In this document: piece by piece, positions 55,290-64,000 of the stretch
Numbering within the stretch: position 1 is the stretch's first letter
Layout: every line of letters begins with the position of its first letter
Notes under the pieces: generated by a model
What the model was told of the DNA's origin: nothing
What the model saw: only the letters and a program-made list of their open reading frames with translations
Database searches by the model: none
Origin: the human T2T-CHM13v2.0 reference genome, Homo sapiens
NCBI RefSeq assembly: GCF_009914755.1
Contig: NC_060928.1
Direction: 5' to 3' (one strand)
DNA: 64,000 nt
Program-made: the position numbers and the translations under genes

Positions 55290-55309
55290 GTATCATCTAT
55301 CTATCAATC

Positions 55310-55356
<47 letters not shown>

Positions 55357-55358
55357 CA
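55290..55358. repeat. (CTAT)n / GATA tetranucleotide microsatellite
   Basis: About 11 perfect units plus degenerate flanks. Confidence 0.95.
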
Positions 55359-56764
55359 TCCTTCTTTCAGGGAGTCAATTCTAATGGTCCTTCAAAAACA
55401 TACTAATCAACCAAGGCAATTAATCTGCTGGTTCACTCATTTTCTTCCCTGGTTACTGAACAACTCTTTAAGGAGCTGTAGCTTTACGGCATCTCAGGGG
55501 GTGGGGGGTATAACTGATTCTGTCTTTAACATCCCTGTTGACAGAAACCATTTACTCAAAAGGGTGTTCACCACATGGCATATAGCTAATGTAGTAGTAT
55601 CAGGTGCACCCAATCTTTTTTTGTAATCATCTCTTTTATATATAATTTTAGTTTTGTCTTGACAGTAAAGATGATTTTATTGTGGCAGGACTAACTCATG
55701 CTTCCAGCTCCAGATGGCTCAACAAGGACTGGTGGGGTACTACTATTAGGATTTTTGACTCAACACTTAACACCTAACAACAGAACATGCATGAGATCAT
55801 AAGCTCCCCATTTCTCAGAGATTTTCAGACAGAGCTCAACTACTACTTGCCAGGGATATCGTAGAATAAATTTGTATAATACAAATCTTGAAATAAATCA
55901 GATACCCTCACACATATTTTCCAACTCTGTGACTATACGCTTCTTTGAAAATCATTTGTTAATGTTAAGCCTGACTGATATATCCCCTTTAGACCCATGC
56001 AGAACACGGCATTCCAAAACCTGAAAAAAAAATTAGCAGTTTGTTCTGGTCTTGAAAATAGGATCAGCCAAAATTTCCCAGTTAGGACAAAAGTTTCCTG
56101 TTTTCTCATTTGTGATGACACGCTGTTAATTCTTCCATTTATGCCAATGTAATTCGCTTAAATCCTTTTTTACTTGAGCAAACCTGTGGATGGCTGCAAG
56201 CACAGCTTATTGGATAACTCACTCAGCTATTTTGTTTGCCTGTTTGTTCTGTCCTGCACTACAATACTGATTTGCTGCCAGTTTCTTTTGTTGCACTTTC
56301 CATTTGGTAGTCTCCTTTCTTGGTTCACTTATGCACACTTCACAAAATCATCTCAACCAAGAGGAAGTTCATTTTTGCTGTTTACTGATTGTCAAATAAA
56401 CCTACTTAGCATGTTCTTGGATTTGGTGTTGTCTAGGTGCTTTGTGGCATTTCTGCTACTGATGCCTTCTCCCTGTGGAATGTTTTAGGGATGTGAGTTT
56501 CTTTCTTGGATTCCCTAAAGCAAGCTCAATATGATGTGCTAAAAATTATTTCTTGATATAGATTAAAATCGATTGCTATACGATTTGTCAGGACAGAGTT
56601 AGGCTTCTGTAGTGGGATGAAATTATGCAGGTTTTACATACAAATTACTTCATTTTTCTCTTTTCCCAAGAAATGCTGCAGATGCAAAGGGTAGGGGTAA
56701 GAGCTGAATGCAGGTTTTATACCACTGGAAAGAATGAGTCAAGCCACAGTTACACACCCTTCAG

Positions 56765-56830
56765 GTGGGACACAACACACATTCCACACAGCTGTGCAAA
56801 CCCTTTATTAAAGCATCAATCAAAATACAG
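56765..56830 (-). terminator. Cleavage/polyadenylation site of MFAP3L
   Basis: Minus strand: AATAAA at 56809-56804, upstream TGTA (plus taca ~56826), downstream GU-rich TGTGTGGAATGTGTGTTGTGT (~56788-56768). Confidence 0.75.
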
Positions 56831-59800
56831 GATGGATCACATGGTTTTCTGTTTTTGCTACTGTAATACCAACTTATATGAGTAACTTGTTTACAACTTT
56901 ATTTTTAAAAGTGAACATTTTACAGTTCACAGAATCACCAGATTGACATTTCTGTCGAGACATTTTTCCATTTTCCAATTTTAACAAAGGACATCCAGAA
57001 CTACTGAAATACAACAAACGAAATCTAAGTGCAAGCATCTTCCTTGATTCTCATTGTTAGCAGCTCTATGGTGTCTGAGATATACATTTGGAGGCTATTT
57101 TATTGGCTAAATAAAAATAATTTATGCCAGAATATTCTTAGAACTATTTACTTTCTATTTTTACATTCTCTAGCTTCAATTTTGATTGTAGTATTCTTAG
57201 TATCAGCCTCTTTATAAATTCTATCTCTAAAAAATCTGTTAAAGATCATTATCATCCTCATATGATATCTTCGTGAATAAAAGATAAATGCTCAGTCCTT
57301 TGGAAAATATAATAAGCAATTGTTTTATTTGATTTTTCCCCCACAATTGATTTGTGTAACCCAAACCTGGTTGATCAATGAAGAAACCCTAAAAATGTCA
57401 TTAGGAAAATAAACTGTGCTATTTACTGAAGGATTTTTTAAAATGACCAGTATCTTGATGCTCAAAATATGTGAAAATACAATGAGATTTGGTAGATATT
57501 TTAAGAGTATGAATAACTTGGTTTAAAAACCAAGGATAGAAACATTTATAGAATTACTCAATGCCAAAAGGGTACGTGAAGAGCGGTAAAGGAAAGTATC
57601 TGAACAATGCTGAGAAAACAGAGTATCTGAAATGTAAGGTAAATGTTCTGTTTTGGTACCAAATGAAACACTGAAAGGAAATCCCCAGTTAAAAGAACCA
57701 CAGTGACTGCCACTGAAGAGTTTTAGCACTGATCAACACTGTATTTCCTAGGGCAGAATAAAAGGTATCTGGTTTGCCTTTCTAAACCATTTCTTCCAGC
57801 AGCTGGAATTGGTGTTTCTACAGTCAAGTTAATTTGTGTTGGCTGCACGGGGCTTAGAGCATGCTGTTCCAAACATGCAAATGTCCTTTGTACCTGATTT
57901 TCTTCATGTGCTAAAGAGCTGAGCAGATCCTAGATCACCAATAAATAAAGATCCAAGCATGAGACTTGAAACATCTTATCAGTCCATTAAAATAATTTAC
58001 ATAGCCATAGGTAAATTCATCCAGTCTTTCCATCACATTGCTTTCTTGTTATCTCACATTTGCCCTTCAAAACAAAGTTTCGACAACATAGACTGGTGCA
58101 ATTAAAAATGAAACAAACAATAAAAACAGATAAAGGAGGAAAGGGGAATTCCAGAACCCCATTGTGTGAGATGTCAGGTCTTTCAACCTTAGTTGTGAAA
58201 AACAAATGCTCATAAGCATCCAAGACAAATCATTCTGGACATAATGACACAGCACAATAATGCTTGGGATGGATGAGACATTCAGAGATTTTTAGAGCGA
58301 TTTCTAGAAGCTATATATCACATGTATCACGTTTGGTTCCTAGAGATTTTAGTCAAGTATTAGTATTTCTTTTTGCTAAGTATGGTATACAAAAAGATGA
58401 GGATAGATGTGCCCTAGAGATATGAAAATATAATATATAAAACAAAACCATTATAAATTACATAGATTTTTCCATATAAAATTGTTTTCCCCATTTAGAA
58501 TAAATACCATCCAAGTTTACAGATCATCTAAGTGAATTAAATGTACACACATATGTGAATCATTTTCAGAATTTCAAGAAAAACATTGCTAGAGATATGA
58601 CCAGGATGACTCAGAAGCCAGAAATTGATTTTACAAACGACTACATACGACCCAAAGGACGAGGCTTTGGATTTAGTGTGAAGCTTTTAAAACTGCCCAA
58701 ATGAGTCCAATGTGCACGAGTGTGTATGCACACACGTTCAGTCACACTCGCATGAATTTCTATGAAGCTGAACAGTTCACTTTATCTTTGAAAAATCAGC
58801 TGAAAGTCATGAGGTCTTCTGCATTTCATATTCTAGCAGGAGGGCCTCTCATTTCATAAAGAAGCTGTAGGATGGATAGGAAGAGTGTAGCATTTTTGGA
58901 AGGAGAAATTCCCATTTTAAGTCAACCTCCCTTTATGTCAGTTGTTATCAAAACCGAGAGCATTATGATGCCTTAAAGAGGGAGAAAGTTTTGAAAATCT
59001 ACATAAGCTCTCCCCACTGCAGTCTAAAGCAGCAAAACCAATCAGGAAACATTCTTTGGCCGCATATTTCTGCTCTTGCTCCACTGAAAATCTGCCCACT
59101 TTTAGCTTATTATCACTATTCAATGTCTAGGTGGAATGGATGCCTTCTCCTTTCCATGTGGAAACCTACACATGGGTTTGGGTGGAATGACAACTGAATA
59201 GGATGGGGTAACATCCATACAGTATCACAAAATGAACTTAAGTCCTCTGTTGTTGCTTTGGGCATATAAACCCATGGTAATGAATCTGTGGACCTCCATG
59301 ACAACTGGAAAATTTTTATATTCTAAGAGGTGGTGTTAAAACTTTTCTGCAACCCAAAAACATACAATGCTAGTCCAGAAAGCCCAACAGGAGTCATAAT
59401 TTCTCCTGATTTCTCACTGCTCATTTCTTTATGTGACTGCCCAAAGCACTTCTAACCAGAAGTCAACAGTTCAGTCCTTTTCAAGAGATGTCTCATCAAA
59501 CTCCATGACTAGTTCTATCACCTTCCACAACAGTTATCTATAAACAAACTAATCAAGGCTAGGTTTAAAACCAAGCCCACTGCTCTCAATTACAGAGCCA
59601 GATAATGTTTGTTGTAAAGTTTGGATGGCAAAAGTATCCAATTTCATGGACCCATTTTTTGCTTGTCTCATGCAACGGGGGTTGGTTATCCTGGAAGACT
59701 GCAAACTTTCTGTGAACTATAAATGTTTCAACTAGAAGGGATCCTGTAGACCCTCGAGTACTACCTGCATATTTTACAGATGAAAAAGATTAAATCCCAG

Positions 59801-61562
59801 AGAGAGGAAGGGAGTTGTCCAAGGTCACCTCCTCAGATGGTGACAGAGTGAGGACTAAACATCTGGGTCTGCTCTCATCACCAATGTGATCCATGCAATC
59901 TTGGACATCATAACCCCATTACCTGATGTGGCCACGGCCCCTATGAATTTATTAAGATTACTGTCTCCTTTGCTTTTAAGGGAAAATTAAATAAAACCAC
60001 TCATTCTCACCAATATTAAATCTTAATTGCAGATGTGGTCCTAATGGTTTTTTTGGAAGGAGAAGATCCACAATTTGTTTAAAATGCTATTTCTCAAAAC
60101 CAACATTCTTATTTAAGTAATGAAGCATGAAAATGTTAGGTGGACCAAGAGATGAAAGCAAAAATCTTTAAAGTCATTGTGAAAAGGAGCAAGGATGTGA
60201 ATATTGGTTTGGTTCTGTGTGACAGTGATACCATTTCAACAGTGCTCAGAGCTCATGTCATCTGCCCCTTCTACAGATAAGGGACCTGAGGTCCAGACTT
60301 GTCCAAAGCCAGGCAGCTGGTTATTGGCACAGTGGGTATTAAGCCTTTGGATGACTAATTTTGTCTTCTTTCCATAACATCACGCACCTCACATATAACC
60401 ACTTTCTTGCAGGACTGCATAATTATTCAACAGTTTTGGCATAAAATCTGATGGCACAGTTCCCTTTGCTATTACCCTAACCTTTCGCTTTCCTCTTTAA
60501 GGACAACCAAGTCAGCTATGCAGTTCATAAAAGTGGACCTGGTTATATGTCATCCAACAGCATATGGTCCCTGCAAGCCTGTTTGGAAGCCAATATTCTA
60601 TAACCTACAGGAATCCACTGAATCTGATGTCTTTGGAAGCAATATATTTTCCAGGTAAAGAATCAGTCTTTATTTGGAGGATGATGTAACTTAAACAGTG
60701 ACTTTCATGGGTGGTGTGGGTATATTTAACCTTTTACAATCTCCCTCTACATCTCAGCTGAGCTCACCAAAAGGCTCACTCAATCAGACAGGTAAACACA
60801 TTTTTGACTATTAAAGTGCTATTCCGGGGCAAAGTTTTTCTCAGTTTCGTTTAACAGCAGCTTCGTTGGAAACAAACAAAAAAAGCTATCTATGGAAATA
60901 GGCCTGGGGAATGAAAAAAAAATAACAAGCCTCGTAACTACTTTGGAACATGACAAATGTAATGTGACTTGTAGATATCAGCCCTGGTACTGGTGACTGA
61001 TACCAAAGTCTCTGAGGTACGTGTTCTAGGGAAACATAAGGACAAAAGTGGCAATGAGGACTAAACCAGAAAGAACAATTAGTATTAATAACAATGACCC
61101 CATTATAAAGGAAAAGCAAAATTAAAACTGAGAAGAAACTGCAAAAAACCCACGTACGTGCATTTGCTATTGTAGCAGACCTATACTTTTTAAAAGGAAA
61201 AGCAATGCAGGGGGCACTGGACAGGGTTCTTGAACTCAGAATATCTTACAGTGGTGTACTCTTTGCCAAGAAGGCATCACCAATTAAGGTATTTGGCAGA
61301 GATCAGCCTCTGAAACTCATTATCACATAGACACCTTCTGTCTGGTATCAATTCTGCACCCTGATGTTTCTCGCACCCTTCTCTACTGGGGAAATTCCAG
61401 TCCCATTCACTGCAGGCAGGTGTTTCTCCTTTTAAAGTGGCATCACTCCTACCTAAGGGATGAGAGTCTCCTGGTAAGGCTTAGCGGCAAGTGCGTACTA
61501 CATCTGTATTACAAGGAGCAGCCCCTGATTTTCTTGATATGCATAGCTTTTCGGGGTTGGTA
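56785..61562 (-). other. MFAP3L: MFAP3L 3' UTR (~4.8 kb, long form)
   Basis: Alu-free, AT-rich sequence running from the stop codon to a canonical poly(A) site. The distal end is inferred from the signal elements. Confidence 0.7.
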
Positions 61563-62573
<1,011 letters not shown>

Positions 62574-62624
62574 CTATGAACATCTATGAAGAACATCTAT
62601 GAAGTCTATGAACGTCGACTTCAC

Positions 62625-62835
62625 ATGCTTACTATGCGGCAGGCAGTGACATGCATCAGCTCATTTAATCCTCACAATAACTCTGCAAGGTGGCCCCTGA
62701 CACTGCCTCCGTTTTACAGGATGAGGAAACTGAGGCACAGTCAGGTTAGACAACACTCCCAAGGGCACCGGCTTGGAAGCCGTAGAACTGAAGATGAACT
62801 TGAGTTCCAGAGGCTGCACTCTTAACTACCAAACC
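62625..62835 (-). mobile_element. MIR in the MFAP3L intron
   Basis: ctcatttaatcctcacaataac...ttttacaggatgaggaaactgaggcacag core. Confidence 0.85.
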
Positions 62836-64000
62836 ATATTGTCTAACTCCACATCCTAGTGAAAAATGAGAGAAACAATCTGGAAAACACTGTGCTCTTA
62901 TTGAAGAGTTCCTTAACTTTAAAAGCAACTGGTTCTCTAACCTGCCAGTGAGCATGCCTCCATTGAATATATGTTCACTGGGGAGGTTAATGCAATTAAA
63001 TTGTTTACCTGAGTTTCTCAAATTTAAGATTGAAGTAATCCTTGTATGATCTCAGTTAATTAAAACATAATTTGTATCATTCATTTTGAGACTCCACAGT
63101 GAATTATCTATACTATTTAAAGTTACAAGCTAACAATGTGAGTATTCAGAGGCTGGATATGAATTAATATCAATTTGTTTTAGCCTTGCAAATAAATTAC
63201 AGACCCATCAAGTTGAAAATAAGCTTGACACGAAGGAGAACACATACTGATAATAAATGCGAGTTTTCTTACCCCCACCACCCTCTCTGGAAAGGATCTA
63301 GCATCGCCTCAGGAATGATATTTTGAATTCAGTGAAACACTTTGGTTTGAATTTAGCCTGCCCATCTACCTGCAGGTCAAAGACCCCTGTGAAACATGAT
63401 ACTAGACGTGGCTTCAGGGTGTTAGGTCTGAGCCCTTCTGAAACCCTACTACCTCCCTGGACTGTCCCATAGAGCAAATGAAGATCCCAGTTAGGCTTTT
63501 GGGGAGTTCTAAGGAACAGGCAAATATTTCTCCATAAAAACATTCTAGTTCCCCGAGCCGACTAGAGAAACCTCTCCTGAGAGCTGGGGCAACTGAACGC
63601 AGTTTCAAGTATCTATTATTGCACTGTATATTATTTGTTTGCTCTCCTTATGGTAATGAGTTTTAATTCTAATAGAAAGCCTGGTATTTCCCAAAAGCAA
63701 CTCTTTTTTGTTGTTTTTTGTTGTTAATACAGGGTTCCAATGGACTACGGAATAAGGCAACACAGGGCCTGTTTTCCCGCAGTGTCCTCTGCTCCAAGGA
63801 ACTTTCTTAAGGAAGCGGGACGTGTCAATGAGGTACCTCCCGGGGTTCTACAGTTCCTCCTGCCCACTGGCCAGGGGGAATCTGGCGGGAGCCTCTCGGT
63901 GGATGCTGTCACATGACTGTGCCTTCTGAAAGAACATCTGTGAAGAGCAGTTTCTGGTGTCCCTGAGTAACCCTTTTCTAACAATTCAGCCAGTGTATTT

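Overview
Primate genomic DNA, almost certainly human: it carries a near-consensus AluYg6, a human-lineage subfamily. The only supported protein-coding sequence is the terminal coding exon of MFAP3L on the minus strand (splice acceptor to stop, 62494->61563). It is followed by a ~4.8 kb 3' UTR that ends at a well-formed AATAAA plus GU-rich poly(A) site near 56800. The first ~56 kb lie downstream of the gene and are dominated by interspersed repeats: about 35 Alus, L1/L2/MIR fragments, DNA-transposon relics and many solo LTRs, several with intact target-site duplications (TSDs). Nearly all other ORF-track entries are chance or repeat-derived. I found no evidence for a new multi-gene biological system. 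The most notable structures are: a twin-primed L1PA2-like insertion hosting a young AluYg6; five co-oriented solo LTRs within 4 kb; a 101-bp tandem duplication carrying octamer and CCAAT motifs; a templated-insertion repair scar; two candidate minus-strand promoters; and short linear motifs in the MFAP3L tail. Repeat subfamily names come from remembered consensus sequences and need RepeatMasker/Dfam confirmation.
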